DNA of 63,702 bases, the filler included, from Anaerolineae bacterium (GTDB lineage Bacteria > Chloroflexota > Anaerolineae > B4-G1 > DUEL01): assembly GCA_041082215.1 (NCBI GenBank). It is 6 parts of 6 records of this genome, joined end to end, with 100 filler letters (N's around TTAATTAATTAA, not from the genome) between each part and the next. Parts side by side here need not be neighbours in the genome. Positions count along the whole stretch, not along the records: positions 5,999 to 25,112 come from JBDOIF010000137.1; 5 more parts are not named here. The stretch is one strand, 5' to 3'. Both the position numbers and the translations under genes were made by a program. Under the pieces are notes generated by a model that saw nothing but the letters and a program-made list of their open reading frames with translations, was not told the origin of the DNA and made no database searches. This document shows, one piece after another, positions 8,385 to 17,991 of this stretch. Each line of letters starts with the position of its first letter. Positions within the stretch are counted from its first letter, which is position 1.

Positions 8385-10862
8385 GTGCGAAAGCGGCTCC
8401 TTCTAGCTGTTGTATTGACCCTCCTGATGCTTGGCACAGGAGCGGGAGGGACCTTTTTTCGCAAACTGGTAGTCGCTCTTCCTTCCCCTGATACGCTCTA
8501 TGAACACCAGACCGGCGCCTCCGCCCGCATCCTTGACCGGCATGGCCGTCTCCTCTACGAGATCGCCGACCCCCACGTGGGCCGCCACTTCCCGATCCCC
8601 TTGCAGGAAATCCCTCTCCCCTGCCGACAGGCTACCATAGCTACAGAGGATGCCAGCTTCTATGCCAACCCCGGCGTGGATGTGATGGGCATCCTCCGCG
8701 CCGTCTGGATCAACCTGCGGGGCGGAGAGGTGCTGGCCGGAGGTTCCACCATCACCCAGCAACTGGCCCGCAACCTCCTCCTGACCCCTCAGGAGCGGGG
8801 CGAGCGGACCCTGCTCCGCAAGCTGCGGGAGTCCATCCTCGCCTGGCGCATCGCCCGCACCTACTCCAAAGACGAGGTGCTGGCCCTCTACCTCAACGAG
8901 GTGTACTACGGCAACCTGGCCTACGGGATCGAGGCCGCAGCCCGCGCCTATTTCGGTAAGGGGGTGGCGGAGCTGGACCTGGCGGAATGTGCCCTGCTGG
9001 CCGGACTCCCCCAGTCCCCCGCCACCTACGATCCTCTCAGCGACCTCGAGGCAGCGCGGAAGCGGCAAAGGACGGTCCTCCGCCTGATGGTTGAGCAGGG
9101 GTATATCACCGAGGAACAGGCCCGACTCGCCGCTCAGGAGCGGCTCCATTTCGCCGCCACTCCTTTCCCCATCGAAGCACCCCACTTTGTCATGTTCGTC
9201 CGCGCCTGGCTGGAGGAGACCTTCGGCCTGGAAGCGCTCTACACCGAGGGGCTGGTGGTGACGACCACCCTGGACCTGGACCTTCAGCATACGGCGGAGC
9301 GGGTGGTGCGTCGCCACCTGGCCCGGCTGTCCCGGGCCACAGAGGGCAGCCCACTGCACGACGTGAACAACGCGGCACTGGTGGCCCTCACCCCCTACAG
9401 GGGGGAGATTCTGGCGATGGTGGGTAGCCCCGATTATTTCGACCCGGTCATTGACGGGGCGGTCAACGCGGCGCTGGCGCTTCGCCAGCCGGGGTCGGCC
9501 ATCAAGCCGATCGTCTATGCCGCTGCCTTCGACCCACGCCGCGACACTCCCCTCACCCCCGCCTCGGTCCTCCTGGACGTGCGGACCGTCTTCCCCACCC
9601 GGGAGGGACGCCCCTACGTGCCGACGAACTATGACCGTCGCTTCCACGGCCCTGTCTCGGCGCGGGAAGCCCTGGCCTGTTCTTACAACGTCCCGGCCGT
9701 CCGCGTCCTTCAGGAGGTGGGGGTGGAGCAGATGGTCACCCTGGCCCACGACCTGGGACTCTCCAGCTTCGGCGGAGGGGGACGGTTTGGCCTGGCGCTG
9801 GCGCTGGGGGGTGGGGAGGTGCGGCTGCTGGAGCTGACCGGCGCCTATGGGGCCTTCGCCAGCGGCGGCCGACGGGTAGATCCGGTGGCGGTGCTGGAGG
9901 TGCGGGACGCGGCCGGAAAGCTACGTTACCGCGCCCCCTCCGGCCCCGGTCCCCAGGTGATGGACCCCCGGGTTGCCTATCTGATCACCGACATCCTCTC
10001 CGACAACGAGGCCCGCGCCCCCGCTTTCGGCCCGGCCAGTGTGCTGGCCCTCTCCCGCCCGGCGGCGGCCAAGACCGGCACCACCTCCGACTGGCGGGAT
10101 AACTGGACGGTGGGATACACGCCGCAGCTTGTGGTGGGGGTGTGGGCCGGCAACGCCGACGGGAGGCCCATGGTCTACGTTTCCGGCATAGAAGGGGCAG
10201 GCCCCATCTGGCACGATTTTATGGAGGCGGCCCTGCGGGGCCAACCGGCGCTCTCCTTCCCCGAGCCGCCGGGCCTGGAGCGGGTGCGGGTCTGCCTCCC
10301 CTCCGGCCTCCTTCCCACTCCCTACTGCCCCCGGACCCGGGCGGAGCTCTTCATCGCCGGCACGGCCCCCACCCGGCCCGACGACTGGTACCGTCCGGTG
10401 CGGACCGACGCGGCGACGGGACTGCCCGCCGGAGCGGATACCCCGCCGGAGCGGATAGTGGAGCGGGTTTACATCTTTCCCCCGCCAGAGGCATGGGAAT
10501 GGGCGCGGGAACAGGACTGGCCCCTGGGGCCGGTGTCCCAAAGCCGCCCGCCGACCGGAGGGCAACCGGAGGCCGGAGGACTTGTCCTCACCTCGCCGGA
10601 CCCTGGCTCCATTTACCGGCTGTCTCCGGTCGTCCCGGCCCCGTATCAGTCCGTCCGTGTGGCGGCCCGTCCGACCGGAGAGGTAGCGGTGGCGCAGGTC
10701 GCTTTGTACGTAGACGGGGAGTTGCTGGCGAGCTTCCAGGCTCCACCTTTTGAGACGTTCTGGCAACTGGTGCCCGGAGAGCACGTCTTTCTGGCGGAGG
10801 GGGTGGATGAGGAAGGCCGCCCCCTTCGGAGCAGCCCGGTCACTGTTTACGTCTACCAGTAG
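8385..10862 (+). CDS. pbpC: Class A penicillin-binding protein (PBP1C/1A-like)
   Basis: Transglycosylase TEDASFY, GGSTITQQLARN, RKLRE; transpeptidase SAIK, SYN, KTGT; C-terminal Ig-like domain; GTG start after GGAGG. Confidence 0.85.
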   Translation: MRKRLLLAVVLTLLMLGTGAGGTFFRKLVVALPSPDTLYEHQTGASARILDRHGRLLYEIADPHVGRHFPIPLQEIPLPCRQATIATEDASFYANPGVDVMGILRAVWINLRGGEVLAGGSTITQQLARNLLLTPQERGERTLLRKLRESILAWRIARTYSKDEVLALYLNEVYYGNLAYGIEAAARAYFGKGVAELDLAECALLAGLPQSPATYDPLSDLEAARKRQRTVLRLMVEQGYITEEQARLAAQERLHFAATPFPIEAPHFVMFVRAWLEETFGLEALYTEGLVVTTTLDLDLQHTAERVVRRHLARLSRATEGSPLHDVNNAALVALTPYRGEILAMVGSPDYFDPVIDGAVNAALALRQPGSAIKPIVYAAAFDPRRDTPLTPASVLLDVRTVFPTREGRPYVPTNYDRRFHGPVSAREALACSYNVPAVRVLQEVGVEQMVTLAHDLGLSSFGGGGRFGLALALGGGEVRLLELTGAYGAFASGGRRVDPVAVLEVRDAAGKLRYRAPSGPGPQVMDPRVAYLITDILSDNEARAPAFGPASVLALSRPAAAKTGTTSDWRDNWTVGYTPQLVVGVWAGNADGRPMVYVSGIEGAGPIWHDFMEAALRGQPALSFPEPPGLERVRVCLPSGLLPTPYCPRTRAELFIAGTAPTRPDDWYRPVRTDAATGLPAGADTPPERIVERVYIFPPPEAWEWAREQDWPLGPVSQSRPPTGGQPEAGGLVLTSPDPGSIYRLSPVVPAPYQSVRVAARPTGEVAVAQVALYVDGELLASFQAPPFETFWQLVPGEHVFLAEGVDEEGRPLRSSPVTVYVYQ

Positions 10863-10885
10863 GACAACTCGCAAGAGTTATCCTG

Positions 10886-12853
10886 CTATTCCATTGCCGG
10901 AAGCACAAAGGTGAAGACGGAGCCGACGCCCGGCCAGCTCTCCACCCAGATGCGCCCCCCGTGCCGGTCAATGACCGATTTGACAATCGCCAGCCCCAGT
11001 CCCGTTCCTTCCACCTCTTCCGTCTCGGGCGCATGGACCCGGTAGAACCGCTCGAAGATATAGGGCTGATCGGGCAGGGGGATCCCGATGCCGTTGTCGG
11101 CCACGCGGACGACGACGTGGCCGTCGTCCTCCGTCGCTTCTACTGCGATCCATCCTCCTTCCTGGGTGTACTTGATGGCGTTGCTCAGCAGGTTCTCCAC
11201 CGCTTGCCGCAGCCGGCGAGGGTTGCCCCGGATCAGCGGCAGGGGCCGTCGCTCCCAGCGCAGTTCCTGGTTTTTCTCTTTGGCCAGCGGCTGGAACTCT
11301 GTCACGACGGCGTCAATGATCCCTTCCAGGTGGAGCGGCTCCAGCTCCAGATCGTAACCGGCTTCGATCCGCCCCAGGTCCAGGAGGTCGCTGATCAGGT
11401 TGGTGATATGCCGGATGCTATCCCGCACCCGCTCGACGAAGAGCTGTTGCTGTTGGTTCAGCGGTCCTGCCTTCTCCAGAAGGTCCACATATCCCCGGAT
11501 GGTGGTCAGGGGTGTCCGCAGATCGTGGGAGACGGTGAAGACGAATTCCGTCTTGATCCGGTCCAGCTCCTTCAGATGGGTGATATCCTGCATCATCAGG
11601 GCGTAGCCCACCCCTTCCACTGGCGTCAACTGGGCGCTGTAACTCTGGCCGGTGGAGGTGGTCACTTCGGCATGGAGCGTCCGGTCCGCCTTTCGCGCAG
11701 CCTGAAAGAGGTCCCGCAGGACAGGGTGGGAGATCAGCTTGGGGGCCGGGCTGCCGATGGACTCGGTGGAGATCCCCAGCGCCACTCTGGCGGCGGGGTT
11801 ACAGAGGAGGATCCGCAGCTCGGGGTCAAGGATCACCACCGCCTCTTCGGATTCCCGCAGCACGGCCTCCAGTTTCCGCCGTGCCGTCTCGGTTTCCTCA
11901 TAGAGGCGGGCGTTCTCCACTGCGACGGCCGCGTAGTCGGCGAGGGCACAGAGAAGCCGGACGTCGTGGGTGGTGAAGGGGCGTTCCGACTCCCGATTGC
12001 TCACACCCAGGATACCGATAACCCCCCGGTCCGGCACACTCATAGGGGCGTAGACGAGGGAACGGACCAGGTAGCCCGTCACGACCTTGGAGGGGCTGTC
12101 TACCACAAGGAGCGGTTCGCCGCTCTCCACCACCTGACCGGCAAGCGAGTCCTGGACGCGGATGCGAAGACCCCGCGCTTTCTTCTCGTCTACGTTCTTG
12201 GCTGCCCGCAGGACCAGCTCGCCGCTTTCCGGCTCTCTCAGCAGCAGCAATCCCTCCTCGGCCCTGGTGAGAAAGACAGCCGCTTCCACTACACGGGTAA
12301 GGACCACCTCCAGGTCCAGGCGGGAGGTCACCGAGCGGCCGATGGAGTAGAGTGTGTTCAGCTCCTGGATCTGCTGCTGGAGCTGCCGGTTGCTCTCCTC
12401 GAGCTGCTCGACCAGGCGGTCCCGTTCCCGCCGCAGCCGGACCTCTTCCAGGGCCCTTTCGACCGATTGGGCCATCTCCTCCGGCTCGAAGGGTTTGATG
12501 ATGTAGTCCCGCACTCCCAGCCGGAACGCCTGGACGGCCAGCCCCTCAGAGCCGTGGGCCGTCATAAAGATAACGGGGATGGAAAGCCCCCGTTTTCGAA
12601 GTTCACGGAGGAGCTGGATGCCGGTCAGCCCTGGCATCTGTTCATCCAGTATGATCAGGTCGGGTCGCTCCTCCTCTGCCAGGCGCAGCCCTTCTGTCCC
12701 GTCGCTGGCCAGCAACGCGCGGTAGCCAGCCGGCTCGAGGACCATCTCGCGGAGGACGGCCTGAATTTCTGCGCTGTCGTCCACGACCAGAACGCGCTCG
12801 CGTGCCGGAAAGTCCTCTCCGGAGTGCTCAGGGCCTGTAATCTGTGCTTGCAC
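10886..12853 (-). CDS. Hybrid sensor kinase REC-GAF-PAS-HisKA-HATPase
   Basis: VLVVDDS, LIILDEQMPG, SHDLRTPL, NLLSNAIKY, DNGIGI, GTGLGL. Confidence 0.93.
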   Translation of the reverse strand: MQAQITGPEHSGEDFPARERVLVVDDSAEIQAVLREMVLEPAGYRALLASDGTEGLRLAEEERPDLIILDEQMPGLTGIQLLRELRKRGLSIPVIFMTAHGSEGLAVQAFRLGVRDYIIKPFEPEEMAQSVERALEEVRLRRERDRLVEQLEESNRQLQQQIQELNTLYSIGRSVTSRLDLEVVLTRVVEAAVFLTRAEEGLLLLREPESGELVLRAAKNVDEKKARGLRIRVQDSLAGQVVESGEPLLVVDSPSKVVTGYLVRSLVYAPMSVPDRGVIGILGVSNRESERPFTTHDVRLLCALADYAAVAVENARLYEETETARRKLEAVLRESEEAVVILDPELRILLCNPAARVALGISTESIGSPAPKLISHPVLRDLFQAARKADRTLHAEVTTSTGQSYSAQLTPVEGVGYALMMQDITHLKELDRIKTEFVFTVSHDLRTPLTTIRGYVDLLEKAGPLNQQQQLFVERVRDSIRHITNLISDLLDLGRIEAGYDLELEPLHLEGIIDAVVTEFQPLAKEKNQELRWERRPLPLIRGNPRRLRQAVENLLSNAIKYTQEGGWIAVEATEDDGHVVVRVADNGIGIPLPDQPYIFERFYRVHAPETEEVEGTGLGLAIVKSVIDRHGGRIWVESWPGVGSVFTFVLPAME

Positions 12854-12963
12854 CTTGTCCTCTCGGCCAGAGAATCAACGAAGAGGTCCCCCGAAGGGCT
12901 CCCCCAAAACCTGTTCCTGCCCTATATCATAACACAGCTTTTGTATAAAGGGTAGTGCCTTAT

Positions 12964-13155
12964 GGGCGTATTTCAATTTCGGGGCGAGTGGTCCTCTCGC
13001 CCGCCGGTGGATCGCGAATCCCACGAATGGCCCGAATACAGCGAACAGGAGGGATACCTGCTCCATTCGCGGTATTCGTTTCCATTCGCGCCATTCGTGT
13101 TTCCCCAGGTTCGGCCCGGGCCAGGGACATCTCACCCCCAAACTGAAATACACCT
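12964..13155 (+). mobile_element. MITE, full-length 192 bp
   Basis: Flanks GTGCCTTAT / GTGTCTTAT (9-bp TSD, 1 mismatch); same TIRs as the other copies. Confidence 0.92.
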
Positions 13156-13282
13156 GTGTCTTATTCTCAGCGTCCTCGACCTCGAATGAGGGCAGAAACT
13201 TGCACGGAAATCGGTCGCGTGTAAAATGGACCCTGTGTGGAGGCTTCCGGCAGCCGCTTCAACGGCGGATGCCTCCTGAACT

Positions 13283-14596
13283 GTGGAGGAAAATGTGGAA
13301 GAGGAGATTGACCTCCGAAAATATGTCCAGGTGCTAGTTCAATACTGGAAATGGATAACAGGCGCGGCTCTCATTGCGGCCACGGCTGCGCTGGTGGTGA
13401 GCTTCCTGCTTCCCCCCACCTATGAGGCCACGGCTCTGGTGGCGGTGACGAAGCCCCGTTACGTGATGCAGTTCGATCCCCGTTTTGAGACGCTGGATAA
13501 CATCCAGCCGGCATACAAGGCGTATCCAGAGCTGGCCTCCAGCGATGACCTGCTCCGGGATCTGATGGAGCGCCTCGACCCTCTCCCCCGGGGCGTTCAG
13601 ACGCTTCGAGATGTAAAGGAAATGGTGGAAGCAGAGGGGGGAGCGGACCCCAGCATAATTCGCCTGACCGTGCGGGCACGGGACCCGGAGGAGGCGGCCC
13701 GGATCGCCAACGTCTGGGCTGCGTTGTTCGTTGAACGGGCCAATGAGCTTTACGGGACCCACAATGAGGCCGAGCTCCACTTCTTTGAAGAACAGCTACA
13801 GCGGGCAGAGGCCGAGCTTCAGTCGGCGGAACAGGCGCTGATCGAGTTTCAGGCCCGCAATCAGCAGGCGATCCTGGAGGCCCAGCTCTCTTCGGCCCAA
13901 CGGGACCTGGAGGACTATCTGATCGAGCAGCGAGAGCTCGAGCGGGTGGTCCGCAACGCCCGGATGCTACAGGATCGGGTCGCCGATTGGCCAGCGGAAG
14001 CCCAGGCAACTCCGGGCGACGATCTGACGGCACTGCTGCTGGAACTGCGGGCCTTTGACGTCCAGACGTCCAGAGAAGGCTCCGAGGAGGTCGAGCTGGG
14101 CACAGGCTCTTCCATCTGGCTGCAGATCTCTGATGCGACGCTCCTTGCGTCGGGGCGGACGGCCGGCGAGTTGAGGGCCTTTCTGGACGGGCTGGCGACG
14201 ACGCTGGAGGCCAGGTCCGCGGAGATCGAAACTCGCATCGCGGCGCTGGAGCCCCGGATCCTGAGCCTGCAGCAGCAGTTGCAGGAAATGGAGGCCGAGC
14301 GGGATCGGTTGACGCGGGCACGGGATGTAGCCCAGGAGACGTATATGACGCTGGCCCGGAAGGTGGAGGAGACGCGGATCGCTGTGGAAGAAGTCAGCGG
14401 CGAGGTGCGGCTGGCCAGCCAGGCGGCAGCACCCCAAAAACCAGCAGGTCCCAGAAAGCTGCTCAACACCGCCGTGGCGGGGGTGTTAGGGTTGATGCTG
14501 GGGGTGTTGGGAGCCTTTGTCGTCGAATGGTGGCGGCAGGAGCCTCCCACCGAACCCTCAGGCCGGCAGGAAGCCGAACCTGTGGATGAGAGATGA
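13283..14596 (+). CDS. Polysaccharide chain-length determinant (Wzz/GumC family)
   Basis: EEEIDLRKY, N- and C-terminal TM helices, coiled coil, P..P..P motif before the last TM. Confidence 0.85.
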   Translation: MEENVEEEIDLRKYVQVLVQYWKWITGAALIAATAALVVSFLLPPTYEATALVAVTKPRYVMQFDPRFETLDNIQPAYKAYPELASSDDLLRDLMERLDPLPRGVQTLRDVKEMVEAEGGADPSIIRLTVRARDPEEAARIANVWAALFVERANELYGTHNEAELHFFEEQLQRAEAELQSAEQALIEFQARNQQAILEAQLSSAQRDLEDYLIEQRELERVVRNARMLQDRVADWPAEAQATPGDDLTALLLELRAFDVQTSREGSEEVELGTGSSIWLQISDATLLASGRTAGELRAFLDGLATTLEARSAEIETRIAALEPRILSLQQQLQEMEAERDRLTRARDVAQETYMTLARKVEETRIAVEEVSGEVRLASQAAAPQKPAGPRKLLNTAVAGVLGLMLGVLGAFVVEWWRQEPPTEPSGRQEAEPVDER

Positions 14597-15405
14597 ACAA
14601 GGACCCCATCGAGAGGCTTGTAGCGCTCGGTTTTTCTGAGTACGAAGCAAAGGCCTATGTGGCCCTGCTTCGGAAGAGCCCCGTCACCGGTTATGAGCTG
14701 GCCAAGCTCTCCGGCGTCCCCCGCTCGATGATCTACGAGGTCCTGGGCAAGCTCGTGGCCCGTGGAGCGGCGATGACGCTCCATCAGGAGGATAGCGTCA
14801 AGTACGCGCCGGTGCCTGCGGAGACCTTCCTGGAGTTGCTCCATCGCGAACACGAGACCCTCATTACCTCTCTTAAAGCAGACCTTGTTTCCCTTGCGTC
14901 ATCTTCCGACCTGGAATATGTGTGGAACATCGAAGGGTACGATAACATCCTGGCCCGGGCGAAGGAGATGATCAGGAGAGCGGGAAAGTGCATCTATATT
15001 TCCCTGCTTCCCTCCTCCTTCCCTCCCCTCCGCTTCGCCCTGGAAGAGGCTGTTGAGCGCGGCGTGCGCGTCATTGTCTATACGACCCAGGCCCTTGCCT
15101 TCCCGGGCGGGCGGGTAGTCGTTTCTCCCATATCCGAAAAGGCCCTCGGTCAGGCCGGCGGGCTGGGCTTGATCCTGGTGGTGGATGGGGAGGAGGTCCT
15201 CATCGGCGAATGGATCTCCGTCACCCGCGCCCGCGCCTCCTGGACACGCAGCCCTCTCTTCGTCTTCATCGCCGAGCACCACCTCCGGACCGACCTCTAC
15301 CTCCCCCAGGTCCTGGCTTTGCTGGGGGAGCGGGCACGAGAGGTGATCCGGGAAGAGGATTGGGAGCTGTTCGCCCGGGCGATGGAAAGCCACATTGACG
15401 AATAG
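14593..15405 (+). CDS. TrmB-family transcriptional regulator
   Basis: LGFSEYEAKAYVALL, SGVPRSMIYEVL, C-terminal effector domain with VVDGEEVLIG. Confidence 0.9.
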   Translation: MNKDPIERLVALGFSEYEAKAYVALLRKSPVTGYELAKLSGVPRSMIYEVLGKLVARGAAMTLHQEDSVKYAPVPAETFLELLHREHETLITSLKADLVSLASSSDLEYVWNIEGYDNILARAKEMIRRAGKCIYISLLPSSFPPLRFALEEAVERGVRVIVYTTQALAFPGGRVVVSPISEKALGQAGGLGLILVVDGEEVLIGEWISVTRARASWTRSPLFVFIAEHHLRTDLYLPQVLALLGERAREVIREEDWELFARAMESHIDE

Positions 15406-15467
15406 TCCCCCATGGGCTGGCCGGTGGCTGGTCCCTCTCCTGTTTCCCGGTGATCCGGACCTGATGC

Positions 15468-15517
15468 TTGACAGCCGGAAAAATCTGTGTATAATCGTGC
15501 GTAGTTATTATTATAAC
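15468..15517 (+). promoter_or_regulatory. Promoter of the exporter operon with candidate operator
   Basis: TTGACA-16 nt-TATAAT; inverted repeat GTTAT-TATT-ATAAC at 15504-15517. Confidence 0.65.
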
Positions 15518-15653
15518 GTCTATTGAAGGGCCTCCGTCTATCATCGGACCCGGTTGGAGGGCAGTGCCCTGCGGAGGGATTCGCTGGCTACTGCGACGAT
15601 GCCATGCCAGCGCGGTGTCGGTTTCTGCCCGGTGTGGGTGAGGAGATAGCCCT

Positions 15654-17885
15654 ATGATCTGGAAGAACCTCTTTCGCCGCAAAGGTCGTACCATTCTCAC
15701 TCTGATCGGGATCTCCGTTGGCGTGACCGCCATCATCGCGCTGGGCGCCGTGGCACAGGGCCTGAGGTCCGGCTTCACGGCGATGACCCGGAGCAGCCAG
15801 GCGGACCTGGTGCTCAGCCAGGCGGGCGCTATGAGTGCGCTGCTCAGCAGCGTGGATGAGGCGGTGGCCGACGAAGTAGCTGTCCTGCCGGGGGTGGCTG
15901 ACGTGGACGGCATGCTCTACACCAATGCCCTGATTGACGAAAAGACGTATCTCATCCTCTTCGGCTACGACCCCGACGGCTTTGCCATAGGCCACTTCCG
16001 CATCGTCGAGGGGCAGTCGCTGGCCGACGCACGGGCGGTGCGGGGCAAGCCCCTCATCCTGGGCAGACACGCAGCACAGAGCATGGACCTGCACGTGGGC
16101 GATTCCCTGCACGTCACTGGCAAAGTGTTCCGCGTCGTCGGCATCTATGAGACGGGGAATGGGTTGGAGGACCGCGCGGCGATCATCCCGTTGCAGGAGG
16201 CCCAGGCGCTGGCCCTGCAGCCCCGTCGTGTCTCTATGCTGTATATCAAGCTGGACGACCCCGACATGGCTGAACAGGTGCGGGCACGGATCGAGCGCCG
16301 TTTCCCGGACCTCAACGTGGCTACATCGGCAGGGTTCGCCAGCGAGGAGCAGTTGTTCGAGATGCTGGACGCGATGGCGATGGCGGTTGCAGCTCTGGCG
16401 GTCGTCATCGGCGGCGTCATCATGACCAACACGCTCTGGATGTCGGTCTTCGAGCGCACACGCGAGATCGGCGTGTTGCGCTCTCTGGGCTGGCGACGGC
16501 GGCAGGTGGTGGGTCTGATCCTGGGGGAGGCCCTCCTCCTGGCCCTGCTGGGTGGGCTGATAGGCAGCACCCTGGGAGTTCTGTCGGTCCTGGCGCTGGG
16601 GCGTTCCAGCTCCATCCTGGGTGTCTTCGGGTCCCAGTTGACCCCTGCCCTCTTTGCCCGCGCGCTGACCACCGTGATTGTGCTGGGATTGGTCGGCGGG
16701 GCTTACCCGGCCTGGTGGGCCAGCCGGTTGCTGCCGGTAGAGGCTTTGCAGTACGAAGGCGGCGACGGCCGGCATGCGGCCCGTCTGCCCGGTGGGATGG
16801 CGGTGCGCAACCTCTGGCGCAGACGGACGCGCACGGCGCTGACACTGCTGGGCATCGGGGTGAGCATCGCTGCTATCATCGCCCTGGGAGGATTGGCCGA
16901 GGGCATGCTGGGCGCGTTTACCAGGATGGTGCTGGATAGCCAGACCGACCTGTTCGCCGCCGAGGCAGGGGTTGATGCCGACTTCAGCGCCATTGACGAA
17001 CGGGTGGGGGCACGTATTGCCGCCTTCCCCGAGGTGAGAGCTGTCTCCGGCATGTTCTGGACCGGCACCAGCACCGATAAGATGCCGATGCTCATCGTTG
17101 CCGCCTTCCACCCCCGCGAGGTCGCTATCCGCCGTTACCGCATCATCGAGGGTAGATCGCTCGAGGGTCGTCGGGAAGTCATCGTCGGTAGGATGGCGGC
17201 GGAGCAGATGGGGCTGGAAGTGGGGGACACCCTTCGTATGATGAACAGCACCTTCCGCGTCGTCGGCATCTACGAGACCGGACAGGCCCTTGACGATGCT
17301 GGTGTGGTCATCGGGCTGCGGGAGGCTCAGGCCCTGATCGGAAAGCCTCATCAGGTGCAGTTCTACTTCATCAGCCTGCACGATCCCACCCGGGCCGCGG
17401 CGGTGAGGGAAAAGCTGGCTGCGGCTTTCCCCGAGGTCGAATTCTCCCTGACCTCTGAGCTGGGTGAGGCGGTCAGCGACTTCCGGGTGCTTCAGGAAGG
17501 GGTGGACCAGATCTCGTTTCTGGCCGTGCTCATCGGCATGGTTGGGATATTGAATACGATGTTGATGAGCGTGCTGGAGCGCACGCGCGAGATCGGCGTG
17601 TTGCGCTCCCTGGGCTGGCGGCGATGGCAGGTGATGGGGATATTCCTGCGGGAGTCGCTGGTGTTGGGGATAAAGGGCGGCCTGTGTGGAATTCCCCTGG
17701 GACTGGCGCTGGGTGCGATGGCCGGCTCGGCGGGGATATGGGGAGGGGCGGTGGAGCCAGCCTATACCCCCCGGATGTTCGTGCAGGCAGTTGTGGTGGC
17801 AGCCGTAGCTGGTATCCTGGGCGGCCTCTACCCGGCCTGGCGGGCCACCCGCATGCGGCCGGTGGAAGCGCTGCGGTATGAGTAG
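15654..17885 (+). CDS. ABC transporter permease, tandem MacB/FtsX modules
   Basis: Two copies of NL.RR..RT.LT...ERTREIGVLRSLGW...P.EAL.YE. Confidence 0.92.
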   Translation: MIWKNLFRRKGRTILTLIGISVGVTAIIALGAVAQGLRSGFTAMTRSSQADLVLSQAGAMSALLSSVDEAVADEVAVLPGVADVDGMLYTNALIDEKTYLILFGYDPDGFAIGHFRIVEGQSLADARAVRGKPLILGRHAAQSMDLHVGDSLHVTGKVFRVVGIYETGNGLEDRAAIIPLQEAQALALQPRRVSMLYIKLDDPDMAEQVRARIERRFPDLNVATSAGFASEEQLFEMLDAMAMAVAALAVVIGGVIMTNTLWMSVFERTREIGVLRSLGWRRRQVVGLILGEALLLALLGGLIGSTLGVLSVLALGRSSSILGVFGSQLTPALFARALTTVIVLGLVGGAYPAWWASRLLPVEALQYEGGDGRHAARLPGGMAVRNLWRRRTRTALTLLGIGVSIAAIIALGGLAEGMLGAFTRMVLDSQTDLFAAEAGVDADFSAIDERVGARIAAFPEVRAVSGMFWTGTSTDKMPMLIVAAFHPREVAIRRYRIIEGRSLEGRREVIVGRMAAEQMGLEVGDTLRMMNSTFRVVGIYETGQALDDAGVVIGLREAQALIGKPHQVQFYFISLHDPTRAAAVREKLAAAFPEVEFSLTSELGEAVSDFRVLQEGVDQISFLAVLIGMVGILNTMLMSVLERTREIGVLRSLGWRRWQVMGIFLRESLVLGIKGGLCGIPLGLALGAMAGSAGIWGGAVEPAYTPRMFVQAVVVAAVAGILGGLYPAWRATRMRPVEALRYE

Positions 17886-17991
17886 GCGACTTGCAATACA
17901 GAGACACGGGGACGCGAGGACGCGGAGACGGGGAGATAAGTGATCCGAAACACATAACACACAAGACGAAAAACAGGCGAGGAGGCGGAAG

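Noticed and set aside
10961..12955. Long antisense ORFs (also 15588-18245, 21409-23991, 30966-32858, 45312-47060, 56428-58206 and many others)
   Set aside because: Shadow ORFs of real high-GC genes on the opposite strand; no motifs
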